This document shows, piece after piece, positions 34,704 to 44,100 of a DNA stretch of 64,000 nt. Position numbers and translations under genes: made by a program. Within the stretch, counting starts at the first letter, position 1, and every line of letters starts with the position of its first letter. Source of the stretch: Gammaproteobacteria bacterium. GTDB taxonomy: Bacteria > Pseudomonadota > Gammaproteobacteria > UBA5335 > SLRW01. Below the pieces are notes generated by a model. It was not told the origin of the DNA. It did not search any database and worked only from the letters and a program-made list of their open reading frames with translations. Location of the stretch: the NCBI GenBank assembly GCA_035638695.1, contig DASQZM010000021.1:128888-192887 (forward strand), written 5' to 3'.

Positions 34704-35849
34704 ATGTCTGGCAGCAGCCCCTTCTACACCCAGGACCACGAGATCTTTCGCGATTCCGTCCGCCGCTTCGTCGAGAAGGAGATCCGGCCGTACGTCGACG
34801 AGTGGGACGAGGCCGGCGAGTTTCCGCGCGCGCTGTACCGGCGGGCGGCGGAGGCCGGCGTCCTGGGACTGGGGTTCCCCGAAGAGTACGGCGGCACGCC
34901 CGCGCCGGATCCCTTCTACAACATCATCCTCACCGAGGAACTCACCCGCGCCGGTTCGGGCGGCGTGATCGCGAGCCTGATGAGCCTGGGCATCGGCCTG
35001 CCCCCCGTCGTGCACCTCGGGACCGAGGATCAGAAGCGTCGTTTCGTGCCGCCGGTGATGGCCGGGGAGAAGATCAGCGCGCTGGCCGTCACGGAGCCCT
35101 CCGGCGGCTCCGACGTGGCCAACCTGCGCACCACGGCCCGGCGCGACGGCGATCACTACGTGGTCAGCGGCTCCAAGACCTTCATCACCTCCGGGGTCCG
35201 GGCCGACTTGTACACGGTAGCCGTGCGTACCGGGGGACCGGGCATGGACGGTATCTCTCTGCTCGTGGTGGAGAAGGGCACGCCGGGCTTCAACCAGACA
35301 CCCCTGAAGAAGATGGGCTGGTGGTGCTCGGACACCGCGACGCTGTACTTCGACGACTGCCGCGTCCCGGCGGACAACCTGTTGGGTCCGGAGAACGGTG
35401 GATTCATGGGCATCATGCGGAATTTCAACGGTGAGCGCCTCGGGCTCGCCGCCCAGGCCTGCGGCTTCGCCCGAGTGTGCATCGAGGAGGCCACCGCCTA
35501 CGCGCGCGAGCGCACCACCTTCGGGCGGCCGCTGATCGACAACCAGGTGGTCCGGCACCGTCTGGTAGACATGAACATGAAGGTGAATGCGGCCCGGGCC
35601 TACCTGGATGAGCTCGCGTGGCGGGTCCACCAGGGGGAGACCCCGGTCGCCGACCTGTGCATGCTCAAAAACCTCGCGGCCGGCACGCTCGAGTACTGCG
35701 CCTCGGAGGCGATACAGGTCTTCGGCGGCGCCGGCTACATGCGCGGCACGCCGGTGGAGAGGATCTACCGCGAAACCAAGGTGCTCACCATCGGCGGCGG
35801 CTCGAGCGAGATCATGAAGGATCTGGCGGCGCGCCAGATGGGGATGTGA
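34704..35849 (+). CDS. Acyl-CoA dehydrogenase
   Basis: TEPSGGSDVA, FITSG, GERL, and C-terminal QVFGGAGYM..ERIYRE.KV..IGGGSSEI. ATG 34704 has a GGAGG SD. Confidence 0.9.
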   Translation: MSGSSPFYTQDHEIFRDSVRRFVEKEIRPYVDEWDEAGEFPRALYRRAAEAGVLGLGFPEEYGGTPAPDPFYNIILTEELTRAGSGGVIASLMSLGIGLPPVVHLGTEDQKRRFVPPVMAGEKISALAVTEPSGGSDVANLRTTARRDGDHYVVSGSKTFITSGVRADLYTVAVRTGGPGMDGISLLVVEKGTPGFNQTPLKKMGWWCSDTATLYFDDCRVPADNLLGPENGGFMGIMRNFNGERLGLAAQACGFARVCIEEATAYARERTTFGRPLIDNQVVRHRLVDMNMKVNAARAYLDELAWRVHQGETPVADLCMLKNLAAGTLEYCASEAIQVFGGAGYMRGTPVERIYRETKVLTIGGGSSEIMKDLAARQMGM

Positions 35850-35878
35850 CGGATATCCGGCGGGGGAATACGGCGATG

Positions 35879-36469
35879 GCCTGCCGGGGCTCAAGCAGAT
35901 CGTGGTGATCGGCCCGGCCGCGGACGCGGAGCTCGGCCCTGGGCGCCACAGCTACGCGCGACCCTGCGGCATCGCCAGACCCTCGAGCTTCCCTGGGATC
36001 CGCCGGGCAACGATGACCTGCTGCCCCTGCTCTACACCGGCGGCACCACCGGCTATCCCAAGGGCGTGATGCGGGACGTGCAGCTCTACCGGGAGAACCG
36101 GCGCATCCTGGCGCCCATGTTCAAGCGCCTGCTGCCACACGGCTGAAGGACGCGCCGTCGCCGCTGCCGGGCTTCCTGCAGTCGGGGCTGTGCCGCCGGC
36201 CGATCGGGAAGCCCGTGGTGCAGCGCTTCGCCGGCAACCTGCCGGGGAGGTCCATGCGCGAGCGCTACGCCGGCGATCTCGAGACCGTGGCGAAGAAGGC
36301 GAAGGCCACGCGCAGCGTGCCCAACGTCACGCTGCCGGCCCGCCCGCTGATGCACGGCGCGGGTGTTCGAGTCCGGGATCATTCCGGACTACCTCGGGGA
36401 GCGCTGGACGTTGTCACCGAAGGCCTGAAAACGGGCGACCTCCGCTTCAATGCCCCTTTCGGCCGCTGA
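35879..36469 (+). pseudogene. Remnant of an AMP-dependent synthetase/ligase (internal fragment, frameshifted, both ends missing)
   Basis: Three frames carry successive family segments. These are LPGLKQIVVIGP, then DDLLPLLYTGGTTGYPKGVM (AMP-binding signature) ending at TGA 36144-36146, then VTLPARPLMHGAG. There is no start codon and no C-terminal domain. Confidence 0.6.
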
Positions 36470-36536
36470 AGCTGGCGTCCGCGCAGCTGCAAACCTGCTA
36501 TCCTGTGCCCCCCTTTCGCGGTGGCCGTGAGACGCG

Positions 36537-37493
36537 ATGCATGCCCTGTCCCTGAAGGAGCTGAACAAGACCTACAGCAATGGCGTGGTGGCGCTGCGGG
36601 GCGTCTCCCTGGATGTCGAGGCGGGGGACTTCTACGCGCTGCTCGGGCCCAACGGGGCGGGGAAGTCCACCACCATCGGGATCATCAGCTCGCTGGTGAA
36701 CAAGACCGCGGGGCGGGTGACCGTTTTCGGCCACGACATGGACCGTGAGCCGGAAGCGGTCAAGGCCTGTCTCGGGCTGGTGCCGCAGGAGATCAACTTC
36801 AACAACTTCGAGAAGTGTCGCCAGATCCTGATGAATCAGGCCGGCTTCTACGGGCTGCCCTACGAGCGCGCCCGCAAGCGCAGCGACGCCTGCTTGCGCC
36901 AGCTGGGCCTGTGGGCCAAGCGCGACGACATCGCGCGCAACCTCTCCGGCGGGATGAAACGGCGCCTGATGATCGCCCGCGCGCTGGTCCACGAGCCCAG
37001 GCTGCTGATCCTGGACGAGCCGACCGCGGGGGTCGACATCGAGATCCGCCGGTCGATGTGGACTTTCCTGCGGGAGATCAACACCGAGGGCACCACCATC
37101 ATCCTCACCACGCACTACCTCGAGGAGGCCGAGAGCCTGTGCCGCAACATCGGCATCATCGATCGGGGCGAGATCGTCGAGGACACCTCGATGAAGGAGC
37201 TGCTGCGCCGCCTCGACACCGAGACCTACGTGCTGTACCTGGACGGGCGGGTCGAGGATCTGCCGCCGCTGCCCGGCTACGCCGTGGAAGCGGTGGACGA
37301 GAATACCGTGGAGCTGTCGGTGCACCGCGGCCAGGGACTCACCGAGGCCTTCGGCGAGCTGCGCGAGGCCGGTTTCGAGGTACTGAGCATGCGCAATAAG
37401 GCCAACCGGCTGGAGCAGCTGTTCATGAGCCTGGTGAGCAGCACCCATGAGCCGCCCGTGGCGACGGCCAGTGACCGCCGGGTGTCCGTGTGA
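36537..37493 (+). CDS. yadG: ABC transporter ATP-binding protein (YadG-like, ABC-2 type)
   Basis: Walker A GPNGAGKST, signature LSGGMKRR, Walker B LLILDEPT. Confidence 0.9.
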   Translation: MHALSLKELNKTYSNGVVALRGVSLDVEAGDFYALLGPNGAGKSTTIGIISSLVNKTAGRVTVFGHDMDREPEAVKACLGLVPQEINFNNFEKCRQILMNQAGFYGLPYERARKRSDACLRQLGLWAKRDDIARNLSGGMKRRLMIARALVHEPRLLILDEPTAGVDIEIRRSMWTFLREINTEGTTIILTTHYLEEAESLCRNIGIIDRGEIVEDTSMKELLRRLDTETYVLYLDGRVEDLPPLPGYAVEAVDENTVELSVHRGQGLTEAFGELREAGFEVLSMRNKANRLEQLFMSLVSSTHEPPVATASDRRVSV

Positions 37494-37503
37494 GAGCGGC
37501 GCC

Positions 37504-38268
37504 GTGAACCACTACATCGCGTTCCGCACCATCTTGTTCCGCGAGATCCAGCGTTTCTCGCGGATCTGGCTGCAGACCATCGTGCCGCCCGCGATCACCA
37601 TGACCCTGTACTTCGTGATCTTCGGTGGCCTGATCGGGTCGCAGATCCGGCACATGGACGGCTACAGCTACATGCAGTACATGGCGCCGGGCATCATCAT
37701 GATGGCGGTGATCACCAACTCGTACTCCAATGTCGTGTCCTCGTTTTTCGGCGCCAAGTTCCAGCGCCACATCGAGGAGCTGCTGGTGGCACCGGTCCCC
37801 AACTACCTGATCCTGCTCGGCTACATTGGCGGCGGCGTTGCGCGCGGGCTGCTGGTGGGGGTGCTGGTGACCTGCGTGGCCCTGTTCTTTACCCACCTGC
37901 ACGTCTCCAGCCCCCTCATTACCGCGTCGGTGGTGTTGCTGACCTCGGTGCTGTTCTCGCTGGGTGGATTCATCAACGCCGTCTTCGCCACCAAGTTCGA
38001 CGACATCTCCATCGTCCCGACCTTCGTGCTGACGCCGCTGACCTATCTCGGGGGTGTGTTCTACTCGATCAAGATGCTGCCCGATTTCTGGCGGCACGTG
38101 TCCATGGTCAACCCCATCCTGTACATGGTCAACGCCTTCCGCTACGGGATCCTGGGGGTGTCCGACATCAACATCGTGGCCGCCTACCTGATCATCGGCC
38201 TGTTCGTCGTTATCCTGTTCGTATTCAGCCTGCACCTGCTCAACCGCGGGACGGGCATTCGCAGCTGA
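37504..38268 (+). CDS. yadH: ABC-2 transporter permease (YadH-like)
   Basis: Aligns end to end with E. coli YadH (REIQRFSRIWLQTIVPPAITMTLYFVIFG..FGAKFQRHIEELLVAPVP..NPILYM). GTG 37504 matches the E. coli N-terminus. The track ORF starts at 37447. Confidence 0.88.
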   Translation: MNHYIAFRTILFREIQRFSRIWLQTIVPPAITMTLYFVIFGGLIGSQIRHMDGYSYMQYMAPGIIMMAVITNSYSNVVSSFFGAKFQRHIEELLVAPVPNYLILLGYIGGGVARGLLVGVLVTCVALFFTHLHVSSPLITASVVLLTSVLFSLGGFINAVFATKFDDISIVPTFVLTPLTYLGGVFYSIKMLPDFWRHVSMVNPILYMVNAFRYGILGVSDINIVAAYLIIGLFVVILFVFSLHLLNRGTGIRS

Positions 38269-38284
38269 ACCGGGAGGTGGTCTC

Positions 38285-39007
38285 ATGGCACTGGCACTTA
38301 TCACTGGCGGTGGCACCGGCCTTGGGCGGGCCGCGACCCTGGCGCTGGCACGGCGCGGGATGGATGTACTGGCGGTCGGGCGGCGGCCGGAGCCGCTGCG
38401 GCAGACCCAGGAGCAGGAACCGGACCGGGTCCGGGTGCTTCCGGCCGACGTGTCCCGGGAGGAAGGGCGGGCCGCCATCGTGGACGCGGTCGGCGAGGGG
38501 CCGCTGGCCTGCCTGGTCCACAACGCCGGGGTGCTCACGCCGGTCGCGCCGCTGGCCGAGGTGACGCTGGAGCAGTGGCGCGAGCACCAGGCGATCAACG
38601 TCGAGGGACCACTGTTCCTGACGGCCGCGCTGCTCGAGCCACTGCGCGGCGGGCGCGTGCTGCACGTTTCGTCGGGCGCGGCGCATCACGCGTATCGCGG
38701 CTGGGGTGCCTACTGTACCTCCAAGGCTGCGCTGCACATGATCTACCAGGTGTACCGGGAGGAGCTGGCCGACCGGGACATCGCGGTCGGCAGCATCCGG
38801 CCCGGCGTGGTGGACACGCCCATGCAGGCAAAGGTGCGGGAGCTGCCGCCAGAGGTGTTTCCCGACCGGCAGCGGTTTGTGGAGCTGAAACGCGCGGGCA
38901 GGCTGCTCGATCCCGCACGCTCGGCTGCCGCGATGGTGTCCCTGCTGCTGGATACCGACCGGCAGCGATTCAGCCAGCAGGAGTGGGACGTGCGGGATCT
39001 GCCCTGA
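38285..39007 (+). CDS. Short-chain dehydrogenase/reductase (SDR)
   Basis: TGGGTGLG cofactor motif, NAG, catalytic S..YCTSK. Confidence 0.85.
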   Translation: MALALITGGGTGLGRAATLALARRGMDVLAVGRRPEPLRQTQEQEPDRVRVLPADVSREEGRAAIVDAVGEGPLACLVHNAGVLTPVAPLAEVTLEQWREHQAINVEGPLFLTAALLEPLRGGRVLHVSSGAAHHAYRGWGAYCTSKAALHMIYQVYREELADRDIAVGSIRPGVVDTPMQAKVRELPPEVFPDRQRFVELKRAGRLLDPARSAAAMVSLLLDTDRQRFSQQEWDVRDLP

Positions 39008-39172
39008 GCCGGAGCTTGTTTCGTGGCAGGCGCGGGTCAGGGCGTAAGCGAGCGAGCCGTCGGAGCGGACACGTGGCGGCGTTGGCGGCCAGCGCGCGAT
39101 TTGCATGACCCCATCCGCGTGGCACAATGGCGAGAGCAAAAGAATGCATAAGGAGGCGGGGAGGAGGTCATC

Positions 39173-39562
39173 ATGATCCACGCGCCCGACAAAGTGCGCC
39201 CACAGGTGCAGAACGTCTACGAGAACCTTATCCGCAGCGATTATCCTGATGGCTACTATTCCGGCGCCCTGCTCAGAAGGGAAGGCGGCGAGCACTACGC
39301 GCTCAACGGCTTCGAGCCGCGCTGGACGGCGGCCGGGGCCTGGGGAATTGACTGCTACCGCGAGGAAGACGACAGCGTCGTGGTCGGCTTCTTCGGCAAC
39401 GAGGACAACTTCCTGGAGTGGTACGGCGAGGTCGTTAACGCCGGGATGCTGGCGCGGGATCCCGGCGACGGCGCGGCCGTGCAGGCCTGCCGCAAGCGGG
39501 CCCTGGAAGGCGGCGACTGGCGCCGGATCTACCAGCCCGAGGGACCGGAAGCCGGCGACTGA
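39173..39562 (+). CDS. Hypothetical acidic protein, no family recognised
   Basis: A very strong SD (AAGGAGGCGGGGAGGAGG) precedes the ATG. Codons are GC3-rich. A sigma70-like TTGCAT-N16/17-CACAAT lies upstream. Confidence 0.6.
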   Translation: MIHAPDKVRPQVQNVYENLIRSDYPDGYYSGALLRREGGEHYALNGFEPRWTAAGAWGIDCYREEDDSVVVGFFGNEDNFLEWYGEVVNAGMLARDPGDGAAVQACRKRALEGGDWRRIYQPEGPEAGD

Positions 39563-39581
39563 CCGGGCGCGCCGGGACGGT

Positions 39582-40133
39582 CTAGGCCGGGCGGTGCGGC
39601 GGCTCCTCCTCGATGCCGAGGATCTCGTCCAGGAAGTTCGCGAAGATCCGCCGGATCGCGGGCAGGGATTCCGCAAGCCTGTGGCCGCCGTCGAGTACGT
39701 GCAGCGCGGCCCGATGCGTCTGGGCGAAACGGATGGCGTTTGCTACCGGCACCACGTTGTCCCGCCAGCCGTGCACCACGGCCATCCGCTTCGCCTGGAC
39801 CATGGGGTCCGCCTCGTAGCCGGGAAGATACATCGCCGGCGCCATCAGGAACAGTCCGTCGGGGCGCAGCGAGCCGCTCGCCACCGCGGACACGTAGGCG
39901 CCCATGCTCGACCCGACCAGCACCAGGTGGCCGGCGGTGGCAGGGTGCTCGTCCAGAAGCTGCCGGACCCGCGCGTCCGGATCGCGCGTGTGGCTGTAGT
40001 CGGGGCTGCACACGCGAAAGCCGCGTTCCCGGGCGACGACCGCGAGCGCGCTGATCTTGGTGCCCCATGGCCCGCTTTCCATGCCGTGGGCGAAGTAGAG
40101 CAGGTCGGGCTCGCCGGAATCCACTGATTGCAT
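39582..40133 (-). CDS. Alpha/beta hydrolase (YqiA-like esterase)
   Basis: Nucleophile elbow GSSMGA, LLYFAHG at the N-terminus, and a C-terminal DGGHRL. ATG 40133 has a GGAGAGG SD. Confidence 0.75.
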   Translation of the reverse strand: MQSVDSGEPDLLYFAHGMESGPWGTKISALAVVARERGFRVCSPDYSHTRDPDARVRQLLDEHPATAGHLVLVGSSMGAYVSAVASGSLRPDGLFLMAPAMYLPGYEADPMVQAKRMAVVHGWRDNVVPVANAIRFAQTHRAALHVLDGGHRLAESLPAIRRIFANFLDEILGIEEEPPHRPA

Positions 40134-40308
40134 TGGCCTCTCCGCACCGGGACCGCAATCCATTCTACCCGCCCCCGGAGAGGTTTCCAGCGGTGATCGC
40201 TTTCCGCGGGCATCCGCCCGGCGCTCTGCCACCGCGCGCATATGCGAGACTGCGGTCTGACCGAGCGGGCCGGCAGCCTGCCGGGGGCCGAATCGGGAGA
40301 GGAGCGCG

Positions 40309-41478
40309 ATGAAGAAGGATACGCGACTGGTGGAGGCCGGACGGGAGCCGGCAGCCCATCACGGGACGGTGAATCCGCCCGTATACCACGCTTCCACGGT
40401 GCTGTTTCCTACCCTGCAGGCCCTGCGGGAGGCCGGCCGCCACCCCTTCGAGGGCGTGTTCTACGGTCGGCACGGCACGCCCACGACCTTCGCATTTCAG
40501 CAGGCCATGGCGGAGCTCGAAGGGGCCCACGGCGCGGTCGCAGTGTCGTCGGGCCTGGCCGCGATCGCCCTGTGCCTGTGCGCCTTCGTGCAGGCCGGCG
40601 ATCACCTGCTGGTCTCGGATAACGTCTACGGACCGACACGCAGGTTCTGTGACGGAACCCTGGCGGGCTTCGGCGTCGAGACCACCTATTTCGATCCCGC
40701 GGCCGGTGCGGACGTCGAGCGCCTGTTCCGCGAAAATACCCGGCTGGTGTTCATGGAGAGCCCGGGCTCGCTCACCTTCGAGGTCCAGGACGTGCCGGCC
40801 ATCGCGGCCGCCGCGCGCCACCGGGGCGTGCTCAGCGCCATTGACAATACCTGGGCCACGCCGCTGTATTGCAACGCCATCGGGCATGGCGTGGATCTTT
40901 CCATCCACGCTGCCACCAAGTACATCGTGGGCCATTCCGACGCGATGCTGGGCGTGATCAACGCCACCGAGCAGGCCTGGGGGCCGCTGCGCCGGCGCCT
41001 CGCCGCCTTCGGCAACTGTCCCGGCGCGGACGAGCTCTATCTGGGCCTACGCGGGCTGCGTACCCTGGGCGTACGCCTGGCGCGCCACCAGCAGACCGCG
41101 CTGGCGCTCGCCGAGTGGCTCTCCGCGCGCCCCGAAGTCCGCCAGGTCCGGTACCCCGCGCTGCCCGGCGACCCGGGGCACGCGCTGTGGCGGCGCGATT
41201 TCGAGGGCGCCAGCGGGCTGTTCGGCGTGCTGCTGGAGCCGGTACCGGAGGGCGCGCTGGCCGCGATGCTGGATCACCTTGAGTTGTTCGGCATGGGCTA
41301 TAGCTGGGGCGGGTTCGAGAGCCTGATCCTGCCCACCGACCCGGCTCCGTTGCGCAGCGCGGTCCCCTGGGAAGAGCGCGGCCCGCTGCTGCGGATACAC
41401 GCGGGTCTGGAGGATCCCGACGACCTGCGGCGCGATTTGGAGGCGGGCCTGGAGCGTTTGCACCGGGGGGCGAAGTGA
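40309..41478 (+). CDS. metC: Cystathionine beta-lyase
   Basis: Cys/Met-metabolism PLP fold with the PLP lysine in HAATKYIVGHSD and an N-terminal MKKDTRLV..NPPVYHASTV typical of MetC. Confidence 0.88.
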   Translation: MKKDTRLVEAGREPAAHHGTVNPPVYHASTVLFPTLQALREAGRHPFEGVFYGRHGTPTTFAFQQAMAELEGAHGAVAVSSGLAAIALCLCAFVQAGDHLLVSDNVYGPTRRFCDGTLAGFGVETTYFDPAAGADVERLFRENTRLVFMESPGSLTFEVQDVPAIAAAARHRGVLSAIDNTWATPLYCNAIGHGVDLSIHAATKYIVGHSDAMLGVINATEQAWGPLRRRLAAFGNCPGADELYLGLRGLRTLGVRLARHQQTALALAEWLSARPEVRQVRYPALPGDPGHALWRRDFEGASGLFGVLLEPVPEGALAAMLDHLELFGMGYSWGGFESLILPTDPAPLRSAVPWEERGPLLRIHAGLEDPDDLRRDLEAGLERLHRGAK

Positions 41479-41605
41479 GGCCCGGGGCGCCCCCCGTTCC
41501 AGCCACACGGTGATCCCGGCACGACCGGCCTCGAAGCACGCGCGGCACAACAGCGCCTCGCTGCGCCCCGATTATGCCAGAGCACGCGCCCTCCGGCGGT
41601 CCCGG

Positions 41606-41917
41606 TCAGGCGTTGTGGCGGCTCCGGTCCCCGCCCCCGCCGTGTCCGGGACGGCGACGCATGGGGTACCGGCTGCGGGGACGAGCCTGGCTTACCCGAA
41701 TCCGATGATCGTCCATCTCGTGCCCGTCCAGCACGGCCACGGCGGCGGGAACCGCGTCGCTGTCCATCTCGACAAAAGCGAATCCGCGCGGGCGGCCGGA
41801 TTCGCGATCGGTGATCACGCTCACGCCGTACACCTCGCCGTGCGGCTCGAACAGCTCCCGCAGCGCGCTTTCCGTGACGTCCTCGGGCAGATTGCCCACA
41901 TAGACGGATCGCTTCAT
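41606..41917 (-). CDS. RRM-type RNA-binding protein with Arg/Gly-rich tail
   Basis: RNP2 VYVGNL and RNP1 RGFAFVEM. ATG 41917 has an AGGAGG SD at 41926-41931. Confidence 0.88.
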   Translation of the reverse strand: MKRSVYVGNLPEDVTESALRELFEPHGEVYGVSVITDRESGRPRGFAFVEMDSDAVPAAVAVLDGHEMDDHRIRVSQARPRSRYPMRRRPGHGGGGDRSRHNA

Positions 41918-41954
41918 TCCCTGATCCTCCTGCCGCTTCGGCGCAGCCGACTCT

Positions 41955-41977
41955 GAAAAGTACGGGAGGTACTTTTC
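41955..41977 (-). promoter_or_regulatory. 5'-leader hairpin GAAAAGUAC-CUCCC-GUACUUUUC upstream of the RRM gene
   Basis: A perfect 9-bp stem read from the sequence. The loop and closing base contain CCUCC, which is complementary to the gene's own GGAGG SD 24 nt downstream. Confidence 0.45.
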
Positions 41978-42079
41978 ACCGGTCTCATACATAAGAGTAG
42001 TGGCCGCACGCGAATTTGCCTGCGGCGGAGGGAAAGCAGAACAGGAAGGACTTGCCCCAGATCAGGGAAGGTCACCAAT

Positions 42080-42115
42080 GCCCCGGGCACGGCGGCGGGT
42101 TGCCGCGCCCGGGGC
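42080..42115 (-). terminator. GC-rich hairpin downstream of ectB
   Basis: GCCCCGGGC (42080-42088) pairs with GCCCGGGGC (42107-42115). There is no clear U-tract afterwards, so it may be a Rho-independent-like or stabilising hairpin. Confidence 0.4.
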
Positions 42116-42132
42116 GTTACCCCGCGGCGTGT

Positions 42133-43413
42133 TCAGGCGACGCGCGCGTCGCCTGAATCGCTGTCGGACGCGACCGCCTCGACGCTGCGCCGGAGGATCT
42201 GGAGACCCTCCGCGATGCCGGCGTCGTCGATGGTTAGCGGCGCGAGGCACTTGATCACCTCGTCGTCGCCGCCGGCGGTCTCCAGCAGCAGCCCATGGCG
42301 GAATGCCTCGGCGCAGATGCGCGAGGCCGCGTCCGGATCATGGCAGACCAGTCCGTGCATCATGCCGCGGCCGCGTGCCTGCTCGAAGATCTTCGGAAAG
42401 TCGGCAACCAGGCGGTCGAAGCCGTTGCGGATCTTCTCGCCCTTGCGCCGCACGTCACGCGCAAAGCCGTCGTCCTCCCAGTAGGACAAGGCCTCGGCGC
42501 CGGTGACGAATGCCAGGTTGTTCCCGCGAAAGGTTCCGTTGTGCTCGCCCGGTTCCCAAACGTCCAGATCGGGCCGGATCAGAACCAGCGCCATGGGCAG
42601 GCCGTAGCCTCCGATCGACTTCGACAGGCAGACCATGTCGGGCGTGATGCCGGCGGGCTCGAAGCTGAAGAAGGTGCCGGTGCGGCCGCAGCCGGCCTGG
42701 ATGTCGTCCAGGATCAGCAGGATCTCCCACTTGCGGCACAGCGCCTCCAGCCGCTGGAGCCATTCCATGCTGGCGACATTGATGCCACCCTCGCCCTGGA
42801 CCGTCTCCACGATCATGGCGGCCGGCAGGTCCAGCCCGCTACCCTGGTCCTCGAGGGTCTTCTCGAGGTAGTCGATGGTGTCGGCCTCGTCGCCCAGGTA
42901 GCCGTCGTAGGGCATGCTCACGGCATTGCCCAGGGGGATGCCCGCGCCGCTGCGCTTGAAGTTGTTACCGGTCACCGCCAGCGCGCCGATGGTCATGCCG
43001 TGGTAGCCGTTGGTGAAGCCGATGATGGTTTCGCGCCCGGTGACCTTGCGCGCCAGCTTCATGGCGCTCTCCACCGCGTTGGTGCCGGTGGGGCCGGGAA
43101 ACTGGATCTTGTAGCTCAGCCCGCGCGGCTGCAGGATCACCCGGTCGAAGCGCTCCAGGAAGGTGCGCTTGGAAGTGCTGGCCATATCGAGGCTGTGGCT
43201 GATGCCGTCTGCTTCGATGTAATCGAGCAGCCTGCGCTTGAGACGATCGTTGTTGTGCCCGTAGTTCAGGGCGCCGGCACCACCGAAGAAGTCCACGTAG
43301 CGCTTGCCCTGCTCGTCCCAGAGCAAATGGCCCTTGGCCCGCTCGAACACGGCAGGGAAGCCTCGGCAATAGCTTCGGACCTCCGACTCGAGGGTTTCGA
43401 ATACGTTATCCAT
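42133..43413 (-). CDS. ectB: Diaminobutyrate--2-oxoglutarate transaminase
   Basis: Class-III aminotransferase with full-length EctB-like sequence ([35 protein letters not shown] Lys in [10 protein letters not shown]). It lies directly downstream of ectA. Confidence 0.92.
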   Translation of the reverse strand: MDNVFETLESEVRSYCRGFPAVFERAKGHLLWDEQGKRYVDFFGGAGALNYGHNNDRLKRRLLDYIEADGISHSLDMASTSKRTFLERFDRVILQPRGLSYKIQFPGPTGTNAVESAMKLARKVTGRETIIGFTNGYHGMTIGALAVTGNNFKRSGAGIPLGNAVSMPYDGYLGDEADTIDYLEKTLEDQGSGLDLPAAMIVETVQGEGGINVASMEWLQRLEALCRKWEILLILDDIQAGCGRTGTFFSFEPAGITPDMVCLSKSIGGYGLPMALVLIRPDLDVWEPGEHNGTFRGNNLAFVTGAEALSYWEDDGFARDVRRKGEKIRNGFDRLVADFPKIFEQARGRGMMHGLVCHDPDAASRICAEAFRHGLLLETAGGDDEVIKCLAPLTIDDAGIAEGLQILRRSVEAVASDSDSGDARVA

Positions 43414-43476
43414 GTCGTATCACCGCCTGGTGGTTGCGATTGAACGGTTTGAACGGAGAGAGACGCGCGGCGCGAA

Positions 43477-44046
43477 TCAGGACCGCAGCGGGCCGATCCG
43501 CAGGAGCATTTCCGGCTCGTGGCCACGGTCGGGGAACAGCTCCGAGGGGAAGCACGGCAGCTCCTCGATGCTGGTTCCCTGCTTGCGCGCATAGGAAGCG
43601 AACAGCGCACGCGAGCTCTCGTTCGAGGGCGTGACGGTGGTCTCGAGAAAGCGCGCGTGCCGGCACGCGTCGAGCTCCATCAGGCCCCGGACCAGCGCGC
43701 CCGCGATCCCCTGACCCTGCCACTCCGGATCGACGCCGATCTGCCACAGGAATACGCTATCCGGGCGGTCCGGCGGGACGAAGGCCGTGGTGAATCCGAC
43801 CGGTGAGTCGCCGGCCTCGGCGACCAGGCAGGTTCGGGTGAAGAACTTGCCCAGCAGAAGGTAGAGATAGGCGGAGTTCAGGTCGAGGGTGCCGGCCCGC
43901 TGGATCAGCTGCCACACGCCCGCGCCATCCTCGACGCGCATGGGGCGCAAGCTGTAGCGGGCGTTCTCCCTTTGCTCTTTTTGGGTCGTTCCGGGTTCAG
44001 TCAAAACAACGCCTGGAGGTTTTGGCGAGCGGATATTATGCCACAA
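43477..44046 (-). CDS. ectA: L-2,4-diaminobutyrate acetyltransferase
   Basis: GNAT fold aligning with Halomonas EctA (LDLNSAYLYLLL..FLWQIGV..QGQGIA..ETTVTPSNESS). The start is uncertain (TTG 44046 or TTG 44004). Confidence 0.88.
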   Translation of the reverse strand: MWHNIRSPKPPGVVLTEPGTTQKEQRENARYSLRPMRVEDGAGVWQLIQRAGTLDLNSAYLYLLLGKFFTRTCLVAEAGDSPVGFTTAFVPPDRPDSVFLWQIGVDPEWQGQGIAGALVRGLMELDACRHARFLETTVTPSNESSRALFASYARKQGTSIEELPCFPSELFPDRGHEPEMLLRIGPLRS

Positions 44047-44100
44047 GGCGGCCGCGCTTGCCCGCCCCCCGGTGCGCGGCCGTGGAACGGGCCGGACTGG

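Noticed and set aside
36190-36555. 121-aa and 84-aa ORFs (36190-36555, 36215-36469) as independent small genes
   Set aside because: They are frames of the decayed AMP-ligase remnant (one carries the PLMHGAG block). They have no start context, and one runs into the yadG start.
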